A stretch of DNA of 64,000 nt from Nitrospirota bacterium (GTDB taxonomy: Bacteria > Nitrospirota > UBA9217). Under the pieces are notes generated by a model. The model was given only the letters and a program-made list of their open reading frames with translations. It was not told the DNA's origin and searched no databases. A program made the position numbers and the translations under genes. Each line of letters begins with the position of its first letter. The first letter of the stretch is position 1. The DNA lies in the NCBI GenBank assembly GCA_963737155.1, contig CAVTRN010000001.1, positions 1,280,001-1,344,000 of the forward strand, given 5' to 3'. Positions 21,586 to 31,941 of the stretch are shown here, piece by piece.

Positions 21586-22548
21586 ATGGCGACTATGAAC
21601 ATGGTCCAGGCATTGAACTTGGCATTGCGGGAAGAAATGGACCGCGATAGGGACGTGGTTGTTCTCGGTGAGGATGTAGGCAAGGACGGTGGAGTGTTCC
21701 GCGTGACCGACGGCCTATTTAACCGCTTTGGATCCGAACGGGTAATCGACACTCCCCTCGCGGAAACCGGGATCGTGGGCACCGCCATCGGAATGGCCGC
21801 CTACGGACTAAAGCCCGTGGTGGAAATTCAATTCATGGGGTTTATTTATTCGGCCGTGGATCAGCTGTTTTCCCATGCTGCGCGCATTCGGGCTCGTTCG
21901 CGCGGAAGATTTGCCTCCTCTCTCGTCATCAGGACCCCGTATGGCGGTGGCGTTAAGGCGCTGGAACATCATTCAGAAAGCACGGAGGCACTCTTCTGTC
22001 ACATGCCGGGCATGAAAGTGGTCGTGCCGTCTTCTCCTCGCTTGGCGAAAGGCCTGCTACTTTCCGCCATCAGGGATCCAGACCCTGTTGTGTTTCTTGA
22101 ACCGACCCGGCTCTATCGTCTTATCAAAGAAGACGTTCCCGAGATCGACTACACCACTCCCCTGGGGAAGGCGAGGGTTGTTCAGGAAGGAAAGGACGTC
22201 ACTGTGATCGCGTGGGGTAGCATGCTCCATAGGACGATGAAGGCAGTGGAGGGATTCAATGCGGAGGTGATCGACCTTATGACCCTCTGCCCCTTTGATG
22301 AAGAGACCATACTTCAATCAGCGAAAAAAACGGGACGAGTGGTGATCGTCCATGAAGCCGTCGCCACCTGCGGGATGGGAGCCGAGATTTCCGCAACAAT
22401 TGCTGAGCATGCAATGCTTCACATGAAAGCTCCCATCGTCAGGGTCACGTCCTATGACGTTGTACTTCCCCTTCCAAAGCTCGAGGATTACTACCTGCCG
22501 AGTATTGAAAGAATTCGGAAAGGGATCGAGACAGTGCTGCAGTATTAA
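21586..22548 (+). CDS. pdhB: Pyruvate (2-oxoacid) dehydrogenase E1 beta
   Basis: GEDVGKDGGVFR, DTPLAE, EIQF, EHHSES. Confidence 0.88.
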   Translation: MATMNMVQALNLALREEMDRDRDVVVLGEDVGKDGGVFRVTDGLFNRFGSERVIDTPLAETGIVGTAIGMAAYGLKPVVEIQFMGFIYSAVDQLFSHAARIRARSRGRFASSLVIRTPYGGGVKALEHHSESTEALFCHMPGMKVVVPSSPRLAKGLLLSAIRDPDPVVFLEPTRLYRLIKEDVPEIDYTTPLGKARVVQEGKDVTVIAWGSMLHRTMKAVEGFNAEVIDLMTLCPFDEETILQSAKKTGRVVIVHEAVATCGMGAEISATIAEHAMLHMKAPIVRVTSYDVVLPLPKLEDYYLPSIERIRKGIETVLQY

Positions 22549-22560
22549 AGCCTAAAAACT

Positions 22561-22786
22561 GGGTCACCGGGTCGACCACGGGTTCGCTTCACGAACATAC
22601 GGAGGGGCAACCTTTGATCGAAAGCACGTAAACACTGAAAAAAAGAAATTACGGAGTTGACTTTTGATGTCAGTCCGGTTTGTGCGGCATGACGTCAGGA
22701 ATTGTGCATAACCAAGTTAAGACGTTCATTGAGTCTTATTAAAAGTAAAGCAGAAAACCACAGGCGTAAGCCCGTGGCTATCTACT
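22561..22786. mobile_element. Possible IS200/IS605-derived non-autonomous remnant
   Basis: Terminal hairpin CCACAGGC-GTAA-GCCCGTGG followed by CTATCTAC, and a related GTCGACCACGGG at the other end. No ORF. Confidence 0.4.
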
Positions 22787-22847
22787 CAGTTTTTTTGTTT
22801 CAAACCGTGTCTATACGTTGTTATAATTACGCTAAAGGACGGTGACT

Positions 22848-24098
22848 ATGGCGTTCGAATTTTTATTGCCTGACTTAGGCGAGGGCATTGCCGAGGCGGA
22901 AATCAGAAAATGGCTGGTCAAGGTTGGTGATACCGTGGAGGAGCATCAGTCTGTTGTGGAGGTGGAGACGGACAAAGCGGTTGTAGAGGTTCCGTCACCG
23001 AAAAAGGGGAATGTTCTGAAGATCGCTAAAGAGGAAGGCGAGATGGTTAAAGTCGGTGAGGCGCTGATCGTGCTTGGCGAGGCAGGGGAGAAAATTGACG
23101 AGCCAAGGCCGGCAGCGGAAAAGCCGAAAAAGGAAGAACGCGAGAAATCAGTGTCTGTAGTCGGTGTGCTTCCCGAGGAAGAGGAGGAAGTGAAACCGAG
23201 GGCTGCAGCGCCTGCGGCCGCTTCTCCGCGGAGAGAAGCGGCTGCCATCCTCGCCACGCCTGCCGTGCGAGCGGCTGCAAGGGAGCAGGGCGTGAGCCTC
23301 GAAAAAATTAAGGGAACGGGCCCGGGCGGCAGCATTACGCTAGATGAAGTTCTCAAGGCAAAAGTGCAAACGGCCAGAGCTTTGGAGCAGCCCGGAGAAA
23401 TCGAGCGGATCGTCATTCGGGGGCTTAGAAAGACAATCGCTAAGAACCTTGTGTTCACACAGAATACAATGGCCTCGGTAACGGAAACAGAGGAGGCGGA
23501 CATCACCGAGCTCTGGGATTTGCGGGAGCGGGAGAAGAAGGCTGTCCAGGAAAAGGGGGGCCATCTGACTTTCATGCCTTTTTTCATCAAAGCTGCTCAG
23601 CATACACTCAGGGAATTCGGCATGTTCAACGCTTCAGTAGATGAGAACCGCGAAGAAATCATGGTGAAGAAGTATTACAACATTGGCGTAGCCGTGGACA
23701 CGGCGGAAGGACTTATCGTTCCGGTCGTCAGGAATGTGGAAAAAAAATCGGTCCGCGAATTGGCCACCGAGCTTCAGAATTTAAGCGAACTTGCGCGGGA
23801 TCGGAAAATTAAGCTCGAGGACCTGAAAGGCAGCACCTTTACAATCACGAATTACGGAGCATTTGGAGCAGCGTTTGCCACGCCTATTATCAATTATCCT
23901 GACGTGGCAATCCTCGGCACTGGAAAAATTTCGGAAAAGCCTTGGGTGAAGGGAGGGAAGATAGAAATTAGGAAGATCCTCCCCCTTTCCTTGACCTTCG
24001 ACCATCGGGTGAACGATGGAGCCGGGGCAGCAAAATTTCTGACGCGGCTGGTCGGCTATCTGGAAGACCCGGCGTCGTTGTTTATGGAGAGTGTGTAG
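22848..24098 (+). CDS. pdhC: Dihydrolipoamide acyltransferase E2
   Basis: Lipoyl domain ETDKA, E3-binding ATPAVR, catalytic DHRVNDG. Confidence 0.9.
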   Translation: MAFEFLLPDLGEGIAEAEIRKWLVKVGDTVEEHQSVVEVETDKAVVEVPSPKKGNVLKIAKEEGEMVKVGEALIVLGEAGEKIDEPRPAAEKPKKEEREKSVSVVGVLPEEEEEVKPRAAAPAAASPRREAAAILATPAVRAAAREQGVSLEKIKGTGPGGSITLDEVLKAKVQTARALEQPGEIERIVIRGLRKTIAKNLVFTQNTMASVTETEEADITELWDLREREKKAVQEKGGHLTFMPFFIKAAQHTLREFGMFNASVDENREEIMVKKYYNIGVAVDTAEGLIVPVVRNVEKKSVRELATELQNLSELARDRKIKLEDLKGSTFTITNYGAFGAAFATPIINYPDVAILGTGKISEKPWVKGGKIEIRKILPLSLTFDHRVNDGAGAAKFLTRLVGYLEDPASLFMESV

Positions 24099-24123
24099 CC
24101 TTTTTGTCGTTCTCCCAGCCATA

Positions 24124-24281
24124 TCAACAACAGTTGCTTTCCCTGGCTGGATCACTGCCGTCGCGAGGTCGGCTATCTGCCAGTAAGCAGAGCAGTAGTG
24201 ATGGCTGCGGCTCAACCCACGCCGGGATTGCCGCTCAATGCCCCGAAGACGCAATTCCCGGGGGCAGGCACCACATTCCAT
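24124..24281 (-). pseudogene. hgcB: HgcB ferredoxin C-terminal remnant
   Basis: MECGACPR / NCVFGALSGNPGVG*AAAITTALLTGR*..., ending SNCC*. Matches the second CxxCxxCxxxC half, the GVGC motif and the C-terminal CC of HgcB. Confidence 0.7.
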
Positions 24282-24600
24282 TATACGCCTGGTCAGTTTT
24301 GCCGTTCCGAGTGTACCCTTGCCCGCTGTACATCAGATATAGATGCACAGCGTATGGAGCACTAGGAGCCCGCATTCATAACTTTGAGTTCGCGCCGAAG
24401 GAGTCGAGAGTCGTTTATAGTTTACGGTAATTAAGATGTCCGAATCAGTCGCGGTGTCGCCTATTGCGTAGAGTCCCGGTGCAACGGATATTTCATCCGG
24501 AAGGTGCCAATCCGGCTTTTAATCATGCCCAGTCGGTCCGCATCCGACCAATCCGATAAGGCGCGGAAGACCGAGCCCACGGGATTCGACATCAACCTAA
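24282..24600 (-). pseudogene. hgcA: HgcA corrinoid protein N-terminal remnant
   Basis: DWSDADRLGMIKSRIGTFRMKY / VAPGLYAIGD...ILITVNYK / LRRELKVMNA / LLVLHTLCIYI*CTAGKGTLGT. The cap helix N(V/I)WCAAGK has Trp changed to TGA. Confidence 0.8.
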
Positions 24601-24679
24601 TGACGACCGTGAGGAATCGAATGGCGCTTTGGCCTTATGTGGAATCTTCAGTTCTCCGTCATTTAGAAAGGCAAAAGTC

Positions 24680-25171
24680 ATGAATATCGAGATATCCGCG
24701 ACAGAATATCGCGACCTGCTTGACATCCTGCACATCGCTGATGTGGTCACGTCAGGACATCGGAGAGAAGAAGACAAGCGTAGCGCGCGGCATCGCTCGC
24801 TTATTCAGAAACTCTATGCCCTCGCAGGGCGAGAAGGTCTTGACCGGCTGATCGGCTATAACGAAAGTTCGCGTACCTATGTACCGACCGCAGAATATGA
24901 AGAAAACAGCTTATCGCATGTATTGATCGATGAGTTTGGAGACCACCTCTTCTGGGATGAACTGATCTCTCGATTATCAGTGCGAGACGCGGCGCAGAGT
25001 GCAGGAGGAATGAACCGCCTCATTGCAATGAGCGACGATGAACGACAGGCAGCAGAAGGGCCTATCCGGCAAAAATATGTTGAAGAATTCTCAAACAATG
25101 GTATTGCCAATCTCGCTGTCATCGAACGGTTCACCTTGGGCGGAGCGATGCGGGTCAAGACGTCGGACTGA
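24680..25171 (+). CDS. Hypothetical protein
   Basis: 163-aa ORF with protein-like composition. No motif recognised. Confidence 0.65.
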   Translation: MNIEISATEYRDLLDILHIADVVTSGHRREEDKRSARHRSLIQKLYALAGREGLDRLIGYNESSRTYVPTAEYEENSLSHVLIDEFGDHLFWDELISRLSVRDAAQSAGGMNRLIAMSDDERQAAEGPIRQKYVEEFSNNGIANLAVIERFTLGGAMRVKTSD

Positions 25172-25788
25172 TCTCGTCATATTTGCCTAAACAAAGGAAG
25201 TATTCGCCCGGTAGATTGGGCAAAATGAGGCACCCACTTGCCCAACATATTCTCGATCACGACATTGGTCGTGCTTATCCCAGCCTATGGAACTTCGTAT
25301 TATACCTGGAGCTCACGCCTGGCCTTCGCAACTCACTGTTCCAGCTCATGTTTTACCCTTCTCGTTATTTTGACTCAATCTTCTTTTCAGGATGATGTAA
25401 TGCCGTGTTGTTTATGATGCACCTTCTCCTGAAGGACGCCATGCTTTACATGAGCAAGAATAGCACTCAGGGTCGACGATTCGCTGCAGAATCCTCTCGA
25501 TAGGTCATTAACTTTAGGTTCCAGCAGAACTAGGTGGACCCAACTTGGGTTAAATTCCAAAGCATAGTCGATGCTTAGTAATAAACGGGGGTGAAGCTTG
25601 CACGATAGCAATTAAACAATATTTTCGTAAAAAATCTGCTACTTTGATATATATATGCTCCTCCTCTGGGACCAATTATCAGCGGCATAGGTTGACGAGA
25701 GCCCATTCCGGTGATAAGCTGTAAATAGAAATAGGATTATATTCATCCTTTATTAGATGTACATGTTGTGCGTATGGGAGGTGTAGGT

Positions 25789-26688
25789 ATGATAGCGATA
25801 TTGGGTGCAACGGGTAATGTGGGTGGCAAGATAGCCACTATTCTGGCAAAGAAGAGCGAACCGGTTCGCGCGGTCTCGCGCTCTATTGAGCGTCTTCGGC
25901 CACTGGCGAGCAAGACCGTCACGGTGTTCGCAGGGGACGCCAAGGAGACTGAGTTTCTGGTAAAAGCCTTCACAGATGTTGATGCCGTGTTTGCACTTAT
26001 ACCACCGAACCCGGCAGCGCCGGAGTTCATGCGCTATACTGACACGATTGGTCAGAGCATCGCGCGAGCACTGGCCATCGCTAAGGTGAAGCACGTTGTC
26101 TTCCTATCGAGTGTCGGCGCGGAGCTTGCAGGCGAACCGACTGGGCCAATCAAGGGTCTGCATAATATGGAAGAGCGGTTGAACAATATCAAGGGGCTGA
26201 ATGTTATGCATGTGCGGGCCGGCTACTTCATGGAGAATCTGCTCTCGAACATTGACCTGATCAGGTCCAAGGGCATCACCGGCAGCGCGGTCCGAGGAGA
26301 CGTCAAGATTGCCACGATCGCAACGAAGGACATTGCAGTGTATGCGGCTGAGCATCTGGCAAAACGGGATTTTATCGGCTCTTCGGTCCATTATCTCCTT
26401 GGCCAGAGGGATATCACTTTGATCGAGGCGTCAGACATTATCGGGAGCAAGATCTCGAAACCTGGCTTGCCATATGTTTTGTTCCCTTATGATGAGGCTG
26501 AAAAGACCATGGTTGCCATGGGACTTTCCCCTGATATGAGCAGGACCTACGTCGAGATGGCCCGGGCCTTCAATGAGGGAAAGATTAAGGCTGAGAAGCG
26601 CACTAAGGAGAACACAACGCCGACCTCGATCGAGTTATTCTGCGACGAGGTGTTTGTTCCGGCATTCACAAAAAAGAAAGCCGCATAA
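25789..26688 (+). CDS. NmrA-like NAD(P)-binding protein
   Basis: GATGNVG Rossmann motif, LSSVGA, RAGYFMEN. Confidence 0.85.
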   Translation: MIAILGATGNVGGKIATILAKKSEPVRAVSRSIERLRPLASKTVTVFAGDAKETEFLVKAFTDVDAVFALIPPNPAAPEFMRYTDTIGQSIARALAIAKVKHVVFLSSVGAELAGEPTGPIKGLHNMEERLNNIKGLNVMHVRAGYFMENLLSNIDLIRSKGITGSAVRGDVKIATIATKDIAVYAAEHLAKRDFIGSSVHYLLGQRDITLIEASDIIGSKISKPGLPYVLFPYDEAEKTMVAMGLSPDMSRTYVEMARAFNEGKIKAEKRTKENTTPTSIELFCDEVFVPAFTKKKAA

Positions 26689-27708
26689 ATGGACTATATT
26701 GGACAAGATCAGCGGCAAACAGGATTCTTTGAGTGTGGTGGCGTGACCGATGCCGACGTTCACCCAGCCTCAATTGTCTGTTATATCATAGATGCGGAGG
26801 GGCTAATCTTGTCCAATCATTTACCCTGAATATTGTGGCCCTTTATTTCTGAAGCGCAACTGCGTGTGGAGTTCTATGTCGTTTTTCTTGAAGTTGCCGA
26901 CAAACATTTCTTTCTTTGTGTCCACTGATAATACAGGCTGATCACTACGCATTTTTGATGTGTTCAAATTGAGTATTCCAATAAGAGTGTTGCGTTCTGA
27001 GAACAGAATAACAATAGCGTGTTGTGCAATTGCAGGCATATGATCAGTTTGAAGTGCCGTTCGGGTTGTTAGCATTTGACGTGCCGCTGCTTCCTCGATG
27101 CACGGCAATCAAGCCCGCTGCGAGCAGTATTCTGCATCGCGCAGCAGCGATTGTGTTGCCTTCGCTTTATCCGGTTGTACAGGGAGGACGGTATACTCGT
27201 CAGAGAGTGGAAAGCACGGTTATAGTTGTGAAAACGAGAATTGGACCGTATAGCCGCTGCCGGATATTCCTCTACCGCGAATACAAAATCTGACAGGTAT
27301 ACTCTCAGCAGGCGATCGTGTGCGGGGTATAGTGACGCAAAAAAAGTCTGCAATAGACGCTCCAGTATCAACTACGCCGTAGCCTTTAGAAAGCGAGCAA
27401 CCTTTTCTCTGTTGACCGCGGATATCCTGCCGGAGTCTGCATTGAACCTCTTCCGGCACCGAAGCGCGAGAAGCGTGTCGTTCTGGTTGCCCTTATGCTA
27501 AACACAGGATCTCATGCACTGAATCTCGGGTCAGTTAAACAGCCTAAAATGGCAGAAAGACACTTTCTGCACAGGCAACGACGATATTATACCATCTACC
27601 CTTCTATCGCGGGGCTTTACATGGCGCGTCGTCGACGCCTCTCCGGTCCTACGGATGGGATGCGATGCGACCTTCACATTCGCTTCACCACGATGCGATA
27701 CTACAACA

Positions 27709-28374
27709 TTACGCTGCGCGAATATTTTTGCTCACGGCTTGGCCGCGCTGGACTAAACTAAGAGCGATGCCTGTGCCGCGCTTTGCCATATAGCCGAACC
27801 AGATGTTTAGCATGCCCATCGGCTCGAGATAGCGAGCGTTTGCAAGCGGCCCCGCGTCGATTGCTTCGAAGCCTATGCTCTCAATAAGTTGTTGCACAGT
27901 CTTCCGGGCAGACTCATCGTCGCTGCAGTAGAATGCTGATGCGCGAATTCCCTTGCCGAAGTCAGGCCCTTCGTTAAACACTTGGGCGAATACCGTGTTG
28001 AATGCCTTTACGATCTTTACGCCTGGGAGCGCCTTCGCGAGTTCTTCTGCAAATGATGTGGTAAACCCAACGCTCAATCCTGACATGTCTGGCTGAAGCG
28101 GGTTGGCAATGTCGATAACGATTTTATCATTGAGATTCCCACAGCTTTTAAGCGCATTCAGCTGCTCTCCTGCTGATGTTGCTGCAATCAGTATGTCCAC
28201 TCCCTTTGCAACCTCCGTTGGCGGCACGACTTTTACCCGAGGCCCGATCTGCTTCGCGGTCTTCTCGGCTGCCGAGAGGTTTCTGGCAGTCATTAATACG
28301 TCGTGTCCCGCGAGCGTGATACAGCGGGCAAGTGCGGAACCCATGTTACCTGATCCGACGATCCCTATTTTCAT
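27709..28374 (-). CDS. NADPH-dependent F420 reductase-family dinucleotide-binding oxidoreductase
   Basis: GSGNMG, IDIANP, VKAFNT, DAGPLANARYLEP, GGAGG RBS. Confidence 0.85.
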   Translation of the reverse strand: MKIGIVGSGNMGSALARCITLAGHDVLMTARNLSAAEKTAKQIGPRVKVVPPTEVAKGVDILIAATSAGEQLNALKSCGNLNDKIVIDIANPLQPDMSGLSVGFTTSFAEELAKALPGVKIVKAFNTVFAQVFNEGPDFGKGIRASAFYCSDDESARKTVQQLIESIGFEAIDAGPLANARYLEPMGMLNIWFGYMAKRGTGIALSLVQRGQAVSKNIRAA

Positions 28375-28544
28375 TGTAGTTCCCTCCTCATATTTTGATA
28401 TATCTTCCTGTTTAATTTGTAGCTCTGGCATGGGGAGTTGTCAAGCGAGTGGAACTTCAGGAATGATCAGTAAGTATGAACAAATAAAGATTCATAAATT
28501 GGGGATCCCTTTCTGTTGCTTACCAAGTTGAAGTATCGCGCTGT

Positions 28545-28950
28545 CCTCCTGTTCAGGGGGTGCCGATGTGCGTGAGCGCTTTTGATTGCGCCCGGGTGTG
28601 CGATCCTCGTCCGCCGATCAGAATAACGTCGGGTATCCTGATCAGTTTATTGAGGGCCGCGATGATTGCTGGGTCTTCACGGAACAGCAAAGTCCGGTTT
28701 TTTCGGGGGCTATACTTGTTTCTTCACGGTAGCCTGCCCCATAAACGTCTGTCGCGGATATCTATACAGATAGTCTGCTACATATACCGGTTTCTCGAAG
28801 AAGCAGCATCAATGCCTGAGAGATGTTCTGTTTCCAATGCGGGGGTTCGATCGAAGCATGTCTCCTGCAAGCAACTGCATTTCACGGGCAGTCTGTTATC
28901 TTTGGCCATAAGATACCCGGGGCCTTCATAACCGTTCAGACATAGTCATA
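28545..28950 (-). pseudogene. nfi: Endonuclease V remnant
   Basis: GIDAASS...LLFREDPAIIAALNKLIRIPDVILIGGRG...HIG resembles Nfi motifs (LSFREGP, PDLILFDGQG), with frameshifts and stops. Confidence 0.65.
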
Positions 28951-29047
28951 TTCTCATCCTTGGTTTTGGCCGAGCTGCCAGCATCAGAGGCACTTCTTTA
29001 TTACAACCTTTGTACTAAAAGTCTTAGGACAAAACTGACAGGCATCG

Positions 29048-29076
29048 TTGACGCCTGCATTACGCGGTGCTACGCT
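29048..29076 (+). promoter_or_regulatory. Candidate sigma70 promoter of the Ku cluster
   Basis: TTGACG-N17-TACGCT. Confidence 0.35.
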
Positions 29077-29136
29077 TAAATTAGAAGATAGTTTTTGCCC
29101 TTTTTTGATATGCAAAAAGGGTGGAGAGGATTTCCA

Positions 29137-29916
29137 ATGGCAGGAGCAACGATCTGGAAAGGATATATTCATTTTGGGGACACGGATGTGTTCGTGAAGT
29201 TGCATTCTGCAGTCAGGGAAGAGCGGCTTCAGTTTCACATCCTGCACAAACATGATCACGTAAGATTGCGTCAGCAGATGATCTGTGCTTATCAAAAACA
29301 GCCGGTGCCAGCAGAAGAACAGATAAAGGGGTTTGAGGTAGAGGAGGGGAAATATATCATTGTTGATCCTGAGGAGTTCGAGCAAGCGGTTCCTGAAAGC
29401 AATCGGATGATCGAGGTTCACGAATTTGTCAAAACCGACCAAATCGACCCTATCTTCCTTGATCGCGTCTACTATCTCGAACAGGATATGGCACAGATTC
29501 AGGGAAAGGGATATGTCGCACTAGCCAAAGCTATGAATGAGATGGACTTGCAAGGCATCTGCACTTGGACAATGCGAAAGCGTTCTTATCTCGGCGTCCT
29601 ACAGGCGAACAAGAAGGTTCTTCGCTTGAATACGCTTCGTTATGCCGACGAAATAATCCCGGTGGAATCCCTCGGACTGCAAGACCTTGTCTTGTCTGAA
29701 AAAGAATTGAAAATCGGGAGCGATTTGATCAATCAGATGACCAGTGCTTTTGAGCCGCGGAAATTTGAAGACGAACATCAAAAAAAGCTTAAGGATATGA
29801 TCGAAAAAAAAGCCCGCGGTGAGAACATTACGGTCGTAGCTCCCAGGCGCTTGAAACCCACCGAATCAGACCAACTGCTTCAGGTTCTTGAAGCCAGTCT
29901 GAAAAAAGTCGCCTGA
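29137..29916 (+). CDS. ku: Ku protein (NHEJ), paralogue 1
   Basis: IWKGYIHFG...VKLHSA, IKGFEV, LRYADEI, LLQVLEASL. Confidence 0.88.
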   Translation: MAGATIWKGYIHFGDTDVFVKLHSAVREERLQFHILHKHDHVRLRQQMICAYQKQPVPAEEQIKGFEVEEGKYIIVDPEEFEQAVPESNRMIEVHEFVKTDQIDPIFLDRVYYLEQDMAQIQGKGYVALAKAMNEMDLQGICTWTMRKRSYLGVLQANKKVLRLNTLRYADEIIPVESLGLQDLVLSEKELKIGSDLINQMTSAFEPRKFEDEHQKKLKDMIEKKARGENITVVAPRRLKPTESDQLLQVLEASLKKVA

Positions 29917-29977
29917 GGGAAAGGCCCGCGATTAGATCGGGTGCCGTTGATGTTATCTTCAAACGGAGGGAAAGGAG

Positions 29978-30763
29978 ATGGCTGTGCAAGGAATATGGAG
30001 CGGGACGATCAGCTTCAGCCTGGTTGCGATTCCGGTGCGGTTGGTCAAGGCAATAGAGCCTGGCCGATTGTCTTTTCACCTGCTCCATAGTAAGGATTAC
30101 TCCCGCTTGTCACGGAGAATGGTTTGTCCGGAAGAAAAAACCATGGTCTCCCCGGATGAGATCATCAGGGGATACGAAATCGTGCCTGACAAATTCATTC
30201 TGATGACGGATGAGGAGCTGGAATCCGTGTCCCCGGAACGGAGTCGTACAATCGAGATCGTCGAGTTCATCGATAAGAAGGAGGTTGATACGATCTATTA
30301 TGATCACCCTTATTATCTCGTTCCTTCGAAGGGGGGCGAAAAAGCATATCAGCTTTTGGTCGAGGTGATGCGCCGGACGAAAAAGGCCGGGCTTGCAAAA
30401 TTCGTTTTGGCTGAACGTGAGTATTTGGTGGCAATTAAAAGCAGGGACGGAGCGCTGGAGCTGACCACGCTTCATTATAGCGACGAAATACTTTCCGATG
30501 AAGACATTTCGCCAAAGAAGGAAAAAATCGACGCTGAGGAGGTAAGCCGGATAACAAAAAGCATTAATCAAATGATCGAGGATTTTAACCCAGCAAAGTA
30601 TGCCGACAGGCGCCGGAAAAAACTCATGGATCTTCTCGCGACGAAGGTGAAAGATCAAACTCCGGTAGAGGCTCCTGCAGCGGAGGAAGAGGATGGAGAA
30701 GGTCCGGCAGATCTGGTCGCCGCACTGGAGGAGAGCATGCGGAAAGTGAAGGAGAACAGGTGA
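29978..30763 (+). CDS. ku: Ku protein (NHEJ), paralogue 2
   Basis: IWSGTISFSLVAIPV, IYYDHPYYLVP, KAYQLL, DLVAALEESM. Confidence 0.92.
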   Translation: MAVQGIWSGTISFSLVAIPVRLVKAIEPGRLSFHLLHSKDYSRLSRRMVCPEEKTMVSPDEIIRGYEIVPDKFILMTDEELESVSPERSRTIEIVEFIDKKEVDTIYYDHPYYLVPSKGGEKAYQLLVEVMRRTKKAGLAKFVLAEREYLVAIKSRDGALELTTLHYSDEILSDEDISPKKEKIDAEEVSRITKSINQMIEDFNPAKYADRRRKKLMDLLATKVKDQTPVEAPAAEEEDGEGPADLVAALEESMRKVKENR

Positions 30764-31665
30764 ACCGAACAGTCGTCAAGATAGCAGGAAGGCGACTTCC
30801 TTTATCGAACCTCGAGAAGGATCTCTACCCTTCCTATGGTTTCACAAAGTCCTGTATCCTGGAATATTATCGAGGGATTTCATTGTTTATCCTCCCCCAT
30901 TTGAAAGATCGAGCCTTGACCTTTAAGCGCTATCCCGACGGGGTGGAAAAGGATTTCTTTTTCGAGAAGCGTTGTCCTAAGCACCGTCCGGACTGGGTGA
31001 AAACAGCGGAGATGCTCCAGAATGGTGGTGAGCCGATGATTGTCTGCCTGATCAACGATCTGGAAACGCTGCTATGGGTGGTGAATCTTGCCTCTCTTGA
31101 ACTCCATGTGCCTCTGGCCAGGGTCGGATCGCCTCAGACGCCTGATGCCATGGTCTTTGATCTGGATCCCGGAGATCCGGCAAACATTTTCGAGTGTGGG
31201 CGGGTAGCTTTGATACTTCGGGACCTGCTCTCTCGCATGAACCTTGTGAGCTATGTAAAAACCTCAGGTAGAAAGGGACTGCATGTATATGTACCCTTGA
31301 ACAACAGAGAGACAACCTTTGAGGATACGAAGACATTTTCAAAAGCCGTGGCAGGAATCATGCAGAAACATTATCCTAATCTGGTGACTTCAAAAATGAC
31401 AAAGCAGGAGAGGAAGGCGAAAGTTTTTATCAACTGGGCTCAGAATGACGCTTCAAAAACGATGATCTGCGTTTACTCACTTCGTGCTCGGGAAAAACCC
31501 TTTGTTTCATTTCCCCTTGAATGGAGGGAAGTGGAGAATTTTGACGGGCAGGATGCCCCGGAAAGATTGCAAGTAGAGCATTGGCAAGCTGTGAGTAGAG
31601 TTGAAAGAATGGGGAACCTTTTTCAGGATATGCTCATAAAAGAACAGAAGCTGCCTCATCTGTGA
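30760..31665 (+). CDS. Stand-alone LigD primase-polymerase domain
   Basis: LSNLEKDLYP, RYPDGV, FFEKRCP, FDLDPG, KTSGRKGLH, YSLRAR. Confidence 0.92.
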   Translation: MNRTVVKIAGRRLPLSNLEKDLYPSYGFTKSCILEYYRGISLFILPHLKDRALTFKRYPDGVEKDFFFEKRCPKHRPDWVKTAEMLQNGGEPMIVCLINDLETLLWVVNLASLELHVPLARVGSPQTPDAMVFDLDPGDPANIFECGRVALILRDLLSRMNLVSYVKTSGRKGLHVYVPLNNRETTFEDTKTFSKAVAGIMQKHYPNLVTSKMTKQERKAKVFINWAQNDASKTMICVYSLRAREKPFVSFPLEWREVENFDGQDAPERLQVEHWQAVSRVERMGNLFQDMLIKEQKLPHL

Positions 31666-31941
31666 CAGAATCATCACGCGAATGATAGCTTCTGTGCAAA
31701 AAGGATAAACAGTATTGAGCTGTCGAAGCTAGTTCCCAGAAGCATGCTGTCTTCCTTGCGTGTCCAAGAAAGCCAACCCAACGAGGGACACGGACGGAAT
31801 ATTTTTTCAGGGTGCAGATCGTTCACGGTACATTTCGAAAACTCACTCTTCTCGCTCAGAGACAGCCGGAAATGTTTCACCGTCGGCTCGATTGCACGCT
31901 TAATTCTCGAAGGGATTATGTATCCTGCATTGGTAAATGGT

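Noticed and set aside
24325-24345. TGA in the hgcA cap helix as possible selenocysteine
   Set aside because: The TGA replaces Trp (TGG to TGA), the catalytic Cys codon follows intact, and surrounding frameshifts show decay.
25183-25620. Possible sensor-protein remnant on the minus strand
   Set aside because: Fragments are too short and interrupted to assign.
26700-27700. Overlapping short ORFs between the NmrA and F420-reductase genes
   Set aside because: No recognisable motif. Likely decayed sequence, but a call cannot be supported.
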